Virus record (IMG/VR): IMGVR_UViG_2894484731_000002 | Source of the DNA: an uncultured virus (IMG/VR IMGVR_UViG_2894484731_000002) | Taxonomy: Duplodnaviria > Heunggongvirae > Uroviricota > Caudoviricetes | Reading direction: 5' to 3' (one strand) | DNA: 20,000 nt | In this document: one piece after another, positions 1 to 7,701 of the stretch | Numbering within the stretch: position 1 is the stretch's first letter | Layout of the letters: every line of letters starts with the position of its first letter | Position numbers and translations under genes: made by a program | The notes under the pieces: generated by a model | The model's input: only the letters and a program-made list of their open reading frames with translations | The model's database searches: none | What the model was told of the DNA's origin: nothing

Positions 1-148
1 CGTCGTGCCCGAACTCGGCGCACTCCCGCTGGGCGAGCTCCCGGCGGGCCTGGTCCAGCGTGAACAGCTTCGGCCCCGGGCGGTCCCCGCCGTCCCGTCG
101 TTCCGGCGGCTCACCGCCGCGCCCAGCGTCAGCCGGTATCACGGTCAC
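1..148 (-). CDS. Phage-like hypothetical protein, runs off the window (MTVIPADAG...KLFTLDQARRELAQRECAEFGHD)
   Basis: Translated by hand; GTG at 148 preceded by GAGGGGG; GC-rich third positions in the distal part; not in ORF track. Confidence 0.6.
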   Translation of the reverse strand, partial: MTVIPADAGRGGEPPERRDGGDRPGPKLFTLDQARRELAQRECAEFGHD

Positions 149-341
149 CCATCCCCCTCGTTGTGATCGCGGACGCCCCGCGCGGGCAAGATGCGGGGGC
201 GCGATCGAATGGTCACCCCCTACCACTGCCAGGGCCACCGCGACGTGCCGCGCCTGCGTATTTGCTGAGGGTTCGGCGGGGCGGGCATGACCGGGGCGTG
301 GTGAACGCACCACCACGCGTTGAGGAACACCCGGCGGGCGG

Positions 342-548
342 TCAGCAGAAGGACGTGAACCAGGGCAGCCACGCCAGCACCACCGCGGCGACGACGAACC
401 CCACCAGCACCTGCACCGCCTCATAGAGCATGAAGACGGCGGCGACGACGGCGAGCAGCACGGCAACAACGATCGCGGCACGCGCCGCGACAGTGGCGTT
501 CATTGGTGGAGGCCCCGAGACTCGGAAACGGGCGGGTGTGTTGCTCAA
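342..548 (-). CDS. Small membrane protein with two hydrophobic helices
   Basis: AAIVVAVLLAVVAAVFMLY and VLVGFVVAAVVLAWLPW; start could be TTG 548 or the later ATG (MNATV). Confidence 0.65.
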   Translation of the reverse strand: MSNTPARFRVSGPPPMNATVAARAAIVVAVLLAVVAAVFMLYEAVQVLVGFVVAAVVLAWLPWFTSFC

Positions 549-689
549 CCGTACGGCAGGTGCGCGGGCGCGATGCGTATGCGCACCCCCGCATCTTGGC
601 GTGTCGCGATCCCCCCGGACATGGGTGGTGCCGCCCCCCTTTCCGCGCCGGGGGGCGGCACCACCATGGCTGGGGACGGGTTCCCCTCC

Positions 690-1208
690 TTACCCGTCCC
701 CGGCCTGCGCGCCGCCTTCCGCGGTGCCGTTCCGTGCACGTGGCTGCCGACCCGCCCGCTGCACGGCTAGGCGGAACCACTCCTCCAGGTCCAGCGACGC
801 GTATACCGTCACCTGCGACTCGTTGTGGGGCACCGGCCTCGTCCGGTGGTCCAGGTGGATGTGCTTGGCGTCGAGCAGGGCCAGCGCCGCCTGTACGTCG
901 GTGAGGCGGCCGGTCAGCTCCACCTGCACCGCCCTGCCGCGCTCGTCAGGCGACAGGGGGCCGAAGCCCACCTCGTCGTCGTCGAGCACCGGCGCCGGGG
1001 GGCGGCCCGCGCGCCGCAGGGCGGCGGTGAGCGCGCCGCTGGTGCCGCCCGCCGCCTGCTCCTGGTCGCCCAGCAGGTCCAGCGCGGCGGCCAGCTGCGC
1101 GTGCCACTGCGTGTGGCCGTCGACGTGCTGCTCGGGCACCGGCGCGTGGCACACCCCGCACCGCAGCACCCGCTGCGGCGGGATCTCGTGGAACTCCGGG
1201 CCGGTCAC
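690..1208 (-). CDS. Hypothetical protein with N-terminal C2H2-type zinc finger
   Basis: CGVC-x10-HTQWH; GTGA overlap with upstream gene at 1205-1208. Confidence 0.8.
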   Translation of the reverse strand: MTGPEFHEIPPQRVLRCGVCHAPVPEQHVDGHTQWHAQLAAALDLLGDQEQAAGGTSGALTAALRRAGRPPAPVLDDDEVGFGPLSPDERGRAVQVELTGRLTDVQAALALLDAKHIHLDHRTRPVPHNESQVTVYASLDLEEWFRLAVQRAGRQPRARNGTAEGGAQAGDG

Positions 1209-1357
1209 GCCGGCTGCACCTGGACGAACAGGTCGGAGCCGTCGTCCATGGTGATGCTCAGCACCGCCGGGTCGGCGGGCAGCAGCCCGGCGTACGCGAC
1301 GTCGTCCATCGCGTTTGCCGCATCCAGGATGCGGCGGGCGAAGTCTCTAGCGTCCAC
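1205..1357 (-). CDS. Small hypothetical protein, 50 aa (MDARDFARRILDAANAMDD...)
   Basis: GAAAGGTGA RBS before GTG at 1357; coupled to downstream gene. Confidence 0.7.
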   Translation of the reverse strand: MDARDFARRILDAANAMDDVAYAGLLPADPAVLSITMDDGSDLFVQVQPA

Positions 1358-1394
1358 AGTGATCACCTTTCGTGTCGTGGTGGGAGGCGGAGGG

Positions 1395-1760
1395 TCAGCG
1401 GGGGAACTCGGTGCGGTGGCCGTGCACCTGGAACAGGTAGGCCCGGACAAGGTCCAGCTCGTCGCGCATCCGGTCGGCCGTCCCCGGCTGCTCGGCCCGC
1501 CCGTCGTGCTGCTCGTTGAGGGCCATCTGGTAGGCGTCCACGGACACGCGGACCAGTTCGGCGGCCATGTCGTCGTCCACCACCATGTCGGCCAGCCACC
1601 GCTCCCGGCCGGTCCGGGCGTCGTGCAGCGCCTCGTTCGCGCGGCGCACCAGACCCTCCGCGGCCCTCACCTTGGCCCGCAGGTACCGGTCGATGGCGTT
1701 CTCCGCCGCCGTCTCCTGCTCGTCGGACAGCGGCTCCTCCAGCGGGCGGCGGCCGGTCAC
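1395..1760 (-). CDS. Hypothetical helical protein, 121 aa
   Basis: GTGA overlap at 1757-1760; protein-like composition. Confidence 0.75.
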   Translation of the reverse strand: MTGRRPLEEPLSDEQETAAENAIDRYLRAKVRAAEGLVRRANEALHDARTGRERWLADMVVDDDMAAELVRVSVDAYQMALNEQHDGRAEQPGTADRMRDELDLVRAYLFQVHGHRTEFPR

Positions 1761-2050
1761 AGCTCCGCCCCCTGCGCGGCGATGGACGGGTCGGTGGCGG
1801 CGGCCGCCGCCATCTGCGCCCGGATGAACCCGGCGAAGCCGTGCATCACCGCCAGCTGGTCGCGGTCCAGGTATTCGGCCAGCTGCACCACGTCGTTGCC
1901 TTTCGCCCTGGCGGTGGCGAGCCGCGATTCGGCCTCGGCCCGGTGGGCGTTGATCAGCTCTTCCAGGTGGGAGGCGTGCGTGTCGGCCGCCTCGTACGCC
2001 GCCGGGCCCGACAGGACGGCGGGGATGCGCAGCCTCGGCTGCTGGTCCAT
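1757..2050 (-). CDS. Hypothetical protein, 97 aa
   Basis: GGAGA RBS before ATG; coupled to next gene. Confidence 0.75.
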   Translation of the reverse strand: MDQQPRLRIPAVLSGPAAYEAADTHASHLEELINAHRAEAESRLATARAKGNDVVQLAEYLDRDQLAVMHGFAGFIRAQMAAAAATDPSIAAQGAEL

Positions 2051-2066
2051 GGGAGTTCTCCGTTCC

Positions 2067-2618
2067 TCAGCTGGTGGTGTCGGCGTCGCCGTGCAGGCCG
2101 GTGTCGATGAGCTCGACGGCCGCCTCCAGCGCCCGCCGAAGCTCCTTGGTCAAGCGGCCCGCCTCGTCGGCCTCGGCCAGCCGCTGGGCGGCCAGCCCGA
2201 TCGTCAGCGGCAGCAGCGCGACCTGCGTGTGCCGGGTGGCGTCGGCCCGGCACGGGCCGATCGCCTGCTGCCACTCGGCGGTCTTCTGCAGGTCTGTCAG
2301 GGCGATCGCCGCGCCGGTGGTCGCCAGGTCGGCGTCCGTCAGATCCAGCGGCGTCACATCGGTGTCGACGGTCAGCGACCGGATCCGGGTGATCGCCGCA
2401 CCGGCCCGGGCGGTGACCAGGTCCACGGCAGCCTGGCACGGCTCGGCGGCCGGGGTGGTCGGGGCGGCGGTGCTCGGCGCCGCCGTGGTGGGGCCGCCGC
2501 CGCACCCCGCCATGGTGACGGAGGCCAGGGTGGTGACGGCGGTCAGGGCCGCCGCGGCGGCGGTGACGGGCGGCCAGCGCACAGGCTTTCCTCTTCTCGT
2601 GGTCGTGGTGGTGGTCAT
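2067..2618 (-). CDS. Putative lipoprotein
   Basis: Basic N-terminus, hydrophobic stretch, lipobox-like MAG-C, then Thr/Ala/Pro linker; ATGA overlap at 2615-2618. Confidence 0.7.
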   Translation of the reverse strand: MTTTTTTRRGKPVRWPPVTAAAAALTAVTTLASVTMAGCGGGPTTAAPSTAAPTTPAAEPCQAAVDLVTARAGAAITRIRSLTVDTDVTPLDLTDADLATTGAAIALTDLQKTAEWQQAIGPCRADATRHTQVALLPLTIGLAAQRLAEADEAGRLTKELRRALEAAVELIDTGLHGDADTTS

Positions 2619-2806
2619 TCGGCCGCCGCCAGGCGGGCGGCGATCTGCTGCAGCTGGCGGGCGGTGTCGACGGGGGCGACCTCGCCCCGCTGGACCCGGC
2701 CGGCGAGCTGGGCGACCTCCTCCGACAGGGCGTTGATCAGCGCGCCGCGCTGCAGCGCCAGCCGCACCACGTCGTCGACGCTGCGGACGTTGTCGTAGGT
2801 GGTCAC
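2615..2806 (-). CDS. Hypothetical protein, 63 aa (MTTYDNVRSVDDVVRLALQRG...)
   Basis: C-terminal part of track ORF 2615..2956; GTGA overlap at 2803-2806 defines the start. Confidence 0.75.
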   Translation of the reverse strand: MTTYDNVRSVDDVVRLALQRGALINALSEEVAQLAGRVQRGEVAPVDTARQLQQIAARLAAAE

Positions 2807-3165
2807 GGCTCGCGCCGCCCCAGCAGGCGGCGCGCCTCGGCGTCGGCGTCGTCCCAGCTCAGCGTGCCGTCGGCGATGCCCCAGAACAGCTGCACGATCC
2901 CGGGGTCGACGTGCTCGCCGGTGAACAACCAGTTGACCGCCTCCCGCATCCGGCACTCCTGCTCGCGCGCCTCCTCACGGCGGGTTATCGCGCCTTTGAG
3001 GTCGGTGGCGGTCAGCCCGGTGTCGATCACCTTTGCGGCGCGCGTCAGCAGGTGGCAGGCGGAGTCGCGGGCTTTGTCGGCCCCGACGGGGCCGTGCGTG
3101 CCGGGGATGTCCAGGAAGTGCCGCAGCACGTCGAGCGCGGCCCGCGCCTCGCCGGGAGTCGTCAT
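2803..3165 (-). CDS. Hypothetical protein, 120 aa (MTTPGEARAALDVLRHFLD...)
   Basis: C-terminal part of track ORF 2803..3942; ATGA overlap at 3162-3165. Confidence 0.75.
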   Translation of the reverse strand: MTTPGEARAALDVLRHFLDIPGTHGPVGADKARDSACHLLTRAAKVIDTGLTATDLKGAITRREEAREQECRMREAVNWLFTGEHVDPGIVQLFWGIADGTLSWDDADAEARRLLGRREP

Positions 3166-4385
3166 GCGCGGCGACCCCCCGCCGGGACCTCGGCGGAGGC
3201 GGCGAAGTACGCGCTCAGCAGGCCCCGCACGAACGCCTCCCGGGGCAGCAGCCCCAGGGCGGTGCGGGCTGCGCCGCCCGCGTCGGCGGCGTGCGCGGCG
3301 GCCGCGCCGACCTGGTGGGCGGCGACGGCGGCGCGTTCGGCCATGCGGCCGAAGTCCTCCACGTCGTGGTCGTCCTCCAGGCGCACACCGACGAGGTTGG
3401 CGTGCTCGAACACCGCGCCCATGTGCGTGGCCGCGCCCGACAGCCGGTCGAGCAGCGCCGCGTAGTCTCCGGACCAGCCCGCGGCGGGGTCGTTGAGGGT
3501 GGTGACCAGCCGGTCGAGCGTCGCCTCCGCGCGGGCGGCCAGCTCCAGCGGGTCGACGGCGGCGGGCCAGTCGGCCACCATGTCGCGGATGGCGCTGGCC
3601 AGGTAGCGGCGGCCGACGTCCTGCCCGACGTAGGAGCGCAGCCCGAACCGCCACACCACCCCGTGCGGGCTGCCGGTGGCGCGGACGCTGCCGTACACGC
3701 GGTCGGTGTGCGCGCCGGTTCCGTGGACATCCCACCGGTAGGGGCCCGTGGCGCGCAGCTCGTAGGCGACGCCGTCGACCAGCACCCGGTGGAACGGGCC
3801 GACCTGTTCGGCGACGCGGCGCAGCTCGGCGTCGCCGTCGGCGGGTTTGGTGACGGTGCACCCGCCGGTGGGGGTGACCATAAAGATGAACTGCCCGTGG
3901 TGGCCTTCGGCCATGTGCTCCCACTCGGGGTCGATGCGCCACATCTCCGCCTGGCCGTCACGCAGGACCAGGGTGGCGTCCTGGCGGATGCCCTCCTCCG
4001 ACTGCCAGCTGCGCAGCGTCCGGGCGCGGGTGTCGGCTCCGGCGCGGTCGCGCGGGTCGAACGTGTGGGGGTCGTAGGACAGCCACGTCGCGCCGTCGGC
4101 GCGGGTGTAGGCGACGGCCCACTCGCGGGTCGGGGTGTCTTCGTTGGCGATGAGGGCGGCGGCCACCGGCTCCAGTCGGTCGGCGGGGACGAACCCGTAC
4201 TCCCGCAGCACGGCGGTGCCGGTCACGTCGACCAGCAGCACCCGGAACAGGTCGGCGCTGGTGGTCGGGTGCACCTCCACCCGGTAGCGGTCGGCCACCT
4301 CGGCGGGGGTGAGGGGGTTGGCGCAGGTCGCGGCCCGGTGGGTGTCCCAGCGGACGCCGCACCGGGGGCAGACGCGGTCAGCCAT
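3162..4385 (-). CDS. Hypothetical multidomain protein, 407 aa, possible N-terminal Zn-binding motif
   Basis: GGAG RBS; CPRC-x6-H-x4-C at N-terminus; high GC3. Confidence 0.85.
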   Translation of the reverse strand: MADRVCPRCGVRWDTHRAATCANPLTPAEVADRYRVEVHPTTSADLFRVLLVDVTGTAVLREYGFVPADRLEPVAAALIANEDTPTREWAVAYTRADGATWLSYDPHTFDPRDRAGADTRARTLRSWQSEEGIRQDATLVLRDGQAEMWRIDPEWEHMAEGHHGQFIFMVTPTGGCTVTKPADGDAELRRVAEQVGPFHRVLVDGVAYELRATGPYRWDVHGTGAHTDRVYGSVRATGSPHGVVWRFGLRSYVGQDVGRRYLASAIRDMVADWPAAVDPLELAARAEATLDRLVTTLNDPAAGWSGDYAALLDRLSGAATHMGAVFEHANLVGVRLEDDHDVEDFGRMAERAAVAAHQVGAAAAHAADAGGAARTALGLLPREAFVRGLLSAYFAASAEVPAGGRRA

Positions 4386-4502
4386 GTGGTGATCTCCGTT
4401 CGTGCGGTCAGGTGCGCGGGTGGCGGATGGCCGGGGCGGGGCGCGCGGGGGACGCGGTGGTCAGCTGGCGTCCTGGTGCGCGCCCGCCCGGCGTTCAGCG
4501 GG

Positions 4503-4556
4503 TCAGGTCCACGACAGTCCGGCGCGGGAGCGCCGGGCGGGGACGATGCGGATCAT
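4503..4556 (-). CDS. Putative 17-aa peptide MIRIVPARRSRAGLSWT
   Basis: AGAAAGG RBS (4564-4570) 7 nt before ATG, just downstream of promoter at 4594-4623. Confidence 0.45.
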   Translation of the reverse strand: MIRIVPARRSRAGLSWT

Positions 4557-4593
4557 GGTGGTGCCTTTCTCGGGGGGAAGGCTTGCAAGACCG

Positions 4594-4623
4594 ACCGTAC
4601 GCCTATGTTCGCTGCCATTGCAA
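4594..4623 (-). promoter_or_regulatory. Housekeeping-sigma-type promoter TTGCAA-N18-TACGGT
   Basis: -35 at 4623-4618, -10 at 4599-4594, facing the left operon. Confidence 0.65.
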
Positions 4624-4684
4624 GGTGGTCCGTACAAGTGTGGTCGTGTTTTGCCGTCCCGTGCTGGTCAGCTATGCAAGATAG

Positions 4685-4713
4685 ACCGTACACCTATGCG
4701 GGCGCGTTCGCAA
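4685..4713 (-). promoter_or_regulatory. Second tandem promoter TTGCGA-N17-TACGGT
   Basis: -35 at 4713-4708, -10 at 4690-4685. Confidence 0.6.
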
Positions 4714-4748
4714 GATGGACCGGACGCCGGTGGTGGGAGGGGAACAGA

Positions 4749-4784
4749 CGGCCCCGGCCTTCGTGGGGATGAAGGCCGGGGCCG
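4749..4784 (-). terminator. Probable terminator hairpin
   Basis: Perfect 14-bp stem CGGCCCCGGCCTTC/GAAGGCCGGGGCCG with 8-nt loop, between the 4910 stop and the tandem promoters. Confidence 0.65.
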
Positions 4785-4909
4785 CGGGGCCGGCCAGCCC
4801 GCATGGGGGCAACGGGCGGCTGGCAGTTCCAGGCGCGGCCCACGCGGGGGGCCCGGGCCGGGCCTGGGGGCCGACGTGCCCGCATGGGGGGGCGGGCCGC
4901 CGGCGGCTC

Positions 4910-5335
4910 TCAGGAGGTGGAGGCGGGTGCCTGCTCGGGCAGCAGCCGCAGCATCTGTTCAAGCACCCGCACGGCGTGCCCGGTGTCCTCGGCGGGGCAG
5001 ATCCGCTGCAGCGACGGCTCGCCCTCGCCGCGCAGCCCCTCACCCCACAGCAGATGCCAGGCGTAGGAGCCGGGACGCTCGGGGTCGGTCGAGAACACCA
5101 CGTCCTGCGTCAGCCCGGCGAAGTTCGCGAACCCGTCCAGGTCGTGCTGGTAGTCGGCGGCGGTCGGCACGAGCGACTGCCGCACCTCCAGCAGGACGTA
5201 GGTGCGCGTGCGCCGCTGGTTCACCGTGAAGCCGCGGGCGGTCAGTTCATCCCGCAAGGCGTCGATCATGTGGGTCAGCTGCTCCCCCTGCGAACGGGGG
5301 CGGGTGGTGCCGTGCGTGTGTCGCCTTTCAGTCAT
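4910..5335 (-). CDS. Hypothetical protein, about 141 aa, downstream of XRE regulator
   Basis: Only the C-terminal part of track ORF 4910..6601 is protein-like (MIDALRDELTARGFTV...); exact start uncertain. Confidence 0.7.
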   Translation of the reverse strand: MTERRHTHGTTRPRSQGEQLTHMIDALRDELTARGFTVNQRRTRTYVLLEVRQSLVPTAADYQHDLDGFANFAGLTQDVVFSTDPERPGSYAWHLLWGEGLRGEGEPSLQRICPAEDTGHAVRVLEQMLRLLPEQAPASTS

Positions 5336-5442
5336 GTCTGATCGGTGCTTCCGCTGGGTTGTCAGGTCCGCACGCAGCGTAAGACCGGCCCGCGGAGGCA
5401 ACTGGTACAGGGCGTACCACCTGCCCCCACGGACAGTAACGA

Positions 5443-6669
5443 TCAGATCACGCCCGCGCGGACGGCGAGCTGGTGCAGCGCACCCGGCCGGGCGGTGCGG
5501 ATCATCGTGGTCAGCGTCTCCCGCACCCCGGGGTGCATGCGGGTCTGCTGCGGCGCGACCTGCTCCGCCTGCAGGAACGCGGCCAGCGCCCGGTCCCGGT
5601 TGCCCGCGTAGAAGTAGGCGCGGCCCACGTCCATGTGGAAGTGCCCGGCCCGCTCCTTGGAGTAGCCCTTCGGGATGCGCACCCGCTCCGCCCGCTTGAT
5701 CGCCTCGCGGCCGTCGCCGAACTCGATCGGCACCGTCACCCCCCAGATCAGGGTGTTGGTCGGGCCGAACATGAGCTGGTAGTCGTTGCGGTCCTCGCCC
5801 AGCTGCTCGGCGACTTCCATGGCGCTCCGCCACGACGCCTCCGCCTGCGGCCGGTCCGCCGCCCTGGCGGCGTTCAGCGCCATCTTGAGGTGCATCGCCC
5901 CGCGCAGGCTGACCGCCTGCGGGGTGCGCGACCCGTACTCGTCGAGCTCCACCAACGCGCCGTCGATGATGTCGGCGGCGACTTGGTGCTCGCCGACCGC
6001 GATGTACTCCCCGGCCTCGTACCAGCGGGAGGCCATCACCCGCAGCGGGTCGCCGGTCTCCAGGGCGGACCACACCACCCGCTCCGTCGCCAGCGTCGCG
6101 GTGGAGATGTGCCCGAGCTTGTAGGCGACCTGCATGACGCACTCGTACGCCGACGCCAGTAGGTCGTACGCCGCGCGCCGGTCCGGGCCCGCCGCCAGAA
6201 CCGCCACCGCCACCTGCAGGTCCCGCACGAGCTGCGGCAGCAACTCCCCGGAGCGGGCCAGCGCGGCACGCTGCCGCAACTCCGTCGCCTTGCCGACGCG
6301 GGCGGCCAGCACCTGCAGGTCCACGGCGTCGGCCTCCGCGGCCGTGATCTGCCCGGGCCGGCCGTGGCACAGCAGCGCCCGGTGCAGCGCGGGCATCGCC
6401 GACGACGCGACCTGCCCGTCCCGGTCGCTCGGCGCCACTGGGTACGGGGCGCCGGTGATCTGCGTGGGGTGGCAGCCCAGGGCGTCGGCCAGGAGCGTGA
6501 TGGTGTGCCAGTTCTCCAGGCCGCGCCTGCCCTGCTCGTACGCCTGGATGGTGTGGATGGAGATGCCGTCGGCGGCGGCGGCCAGCTGGTCGCGGCTCCA
6601 CCCCTTGGCCAGGCGGAGTTTGCGCAGCCTGTCGCCGTTTGACTGGATCGTGGGTGTCGTGTCACGCAT
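5443..6669 (-). CDS. XRE-family HTH regulator with helical (TPR-like) C-terminal domain
   Basis: GDRLRKLRLAKGWSRDQLAAAADGISIHTIQAYEQGRR is a typical HTH_XRE; C-terminal FGPTN motif and helical repeats as in about 400-aa actinomycete XRE proteins; GAGGGA RBS. Confidence 0.92.
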   Translation of the reverse strand: MRDTTPTIQSNGDRLRKLRLAKGWSRDQLAAAADGISIHTIQAYEQGRRGLENWHTITLLADALGCHPTQITGAPYPVAPSDRDGQVASSAMPALHRALLCHGRPGQITAAEADAVDLQVLAARVGKATELRQRAALARSGELLPQLVRDLQVAVAVLAAGPDRRAAYDLLASAYECVMQVAYKLGHISTATLATERVVWSALETGDPLRVMASRWYEAGEYIAVGEHQVAADIIDGALVELDEYGSRTPQAVSLRGAMHLKMALNAARAADRPQAEASWRSAMEVAEQLGEDRNDYQLMFGPTNTLIWGVTVPIEFGDGREAIKRAERVRIPKGYSKERAGHFHMDVGRAYFYAGNRDRALAAFLQAEQVAPQQTRMHPGVRETLTTMIRTARPGALHQLAVRAGVI

Positions 6670-6717
6670 GGGGACGTCCCTCGGGGGTCAGCGAAGTGTG
6701 TCAGGTCCCTACACCTG

Positions 6718-6765
6718 CGAGAGTACGCCGCCCCTCGCCGTTCCGGCAGGGCTCGGGTACTCTCG
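6718..6765. promoter_or_regulatory. Inverted repeat holding two back-to-back TACTCT -10 boxes
   Basis: CGAGAGTAC (6718-6726) and GTACTCTCG (6757-6765), 30-nt spacer, upstream of XRE gene. Confidence 0.5.
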
Positions 6766-6857
6766 GTGACTGTCAGGTGGTCGGCGGAAACGCGGACCTC
6801 GCGGCCCGCAGGGATGGTCAGCCCCTGCGGGCTGCGCCTTTTCCAGCCCCGTCCAGT

Positions 6858-6899
6858 GCGAGAACCCCGGTCGACGGGGCGTCGTCCCGGGGTCCTCGC
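6858..6899. terminator. GC-rich hairpin, probable terminator
   Basis: GCGAGAACCCCGG...CCGGGGTCCTCGC with inner CGACG/CGTCG pairing, about 40 nt after the 6939 stop. Confidence 0.5.
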
Positions 6900-6938
6900 G
6901 GGTGGGCACGCGGCATGGCGGCCGTTTGCGCGCCAATC

Positions 6939-7223
6939 CTACGGCTGGTGCCTGCGCTGGGCGCGCCGGCGCCGCCGCGCGTCCAGATCCGTGTTCACCA
7001 TGTACTGCACGTTCGACTTCGAGATGCCCAGGCGGGCGGCGATCCGCGGCCATGACTCGTTGGCGGCGTCGAGCGCCTTGACCGCCGCGTACCAGCGGTC
7101 CATCTGCTCCTCCGCCTCCTGGGCCATGCGCGCGTAGGCGGCTTTCTCCCGCTCCGCCGCCGCGTACAGCTCGTCGACGTCCGGGGCAGCCTCGTCGGGG
7201 TGGGGAAGTTCCTCGCCAGGCAT
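6939..7223 (-). CDS. Small HTH DNA-binding protein, probably leaderless
   Basis: ESWPRIAARLGISKSNVQYMV HTH; TACACT -10 (7235-7230) lies 6 nt before ATG. Confidence 0.8.
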   Translation of the reverse strand: MPGEELPHPDEAAPDVDELYAAAEREKAAYARMAQEAEEQMDRWYAAVKALDAANESWPRIAARLGISKSNVQYMVNTDLDARRRRRAQRRHQP

Positions 7224-7272
7224 GATCGGAGTGTAGGGGAACGACGCAACACGCGCGTTTATGCCCTTCGTG

Positions 7273-7701
7273 TCAGCAGCCGGGCCCGGTGCCGCGCAGG
7301 ACCCGGGCCGCCAGGTCGTCGCTCATGTCGTAGGCGGCGGTCAGCAGGTCCAGCGTCACCGGCGTCCCGGCCTGGCGGGCGGCGGCCACGCTGCGGGCCG
7401 CTGCCGCCAGCCGGTCCCGGTCGAACATCTGCTCCTGTTCGGCGAACGACGGCACGCCGGGCAGCGTCGCCATTGCCGCCAGCCGGGTCGCCCGCCAGTG
7501 CAGGTCGTCGGCGGCCTCCAGCAGCTTCTCCGGGGTGGTGACGCGGGGCAGCAGCTCCCCGGCGAGGGCCAGCAGGTCCTCGTACTGGCGGCGGACCGTC
7601 ACATCAGGGGGCAGCACGCCCCGCCCGTGCGCGGCGGCCTCCGACGCGTTGTTCAGCACCCGGGCGGCTGTCATCGGCTCGGGACGGGGGGTGGGGCTCA
7701 C
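7273..7701 (-). CDS. Hypothetical protein, 142 aa
   Basis: GTGA overlap with upstream gene at 7698-7701. Confidence 0.75.
   Translation of the reverse strand: MSPTPRPEPMTAARVLNNASEAAAHGRGVLPPDVTVRRQYEDLLALAGELLPRVTTPEKLLEAADDLHWRATRLAAMATLPGVPSFAEQEQMFDRDRLAAAARSVAAARQAGTPVTLDLLTAAYDMSDDLAARVLRGTGPGC

Larger units (their letters stand above)
4584..4732 (+). repeat. Four imperfect copies of 24-bp motif, consensus TGCAAGATGGACCGTACGCCTATG
   Basis: Copies start at 4584, 4619, 4675, 4709; fifth copy at 15427. Confidence 0.85.

Noticed and set aside
545..739. Short ORF between the Zn-finger and membrane genes
   Set aside because: Stop overlaps the next start, but low-complexity product and poorly spaced RBS; insufficient support
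4584..4732. CRISPR mini-array
   Set aside because: Repeats are degenerate, gaps are irregular (11, 32, 10 nt), no cas genes; better explained as promoter/operator motifs
5376..5401. TTGCCT/TACGCT promoter for the 4910..5335 gene
   Set aside because: Spacer is only 14 nt; a -10 alone is too weak to call
5336..6601. N-terminal 420 aa of track ORF 4910..6601
   Set aside because: Arg/Gly/Pro-rich alternate frame overlapping the XRE gene; only the part from about 5335 looks coding
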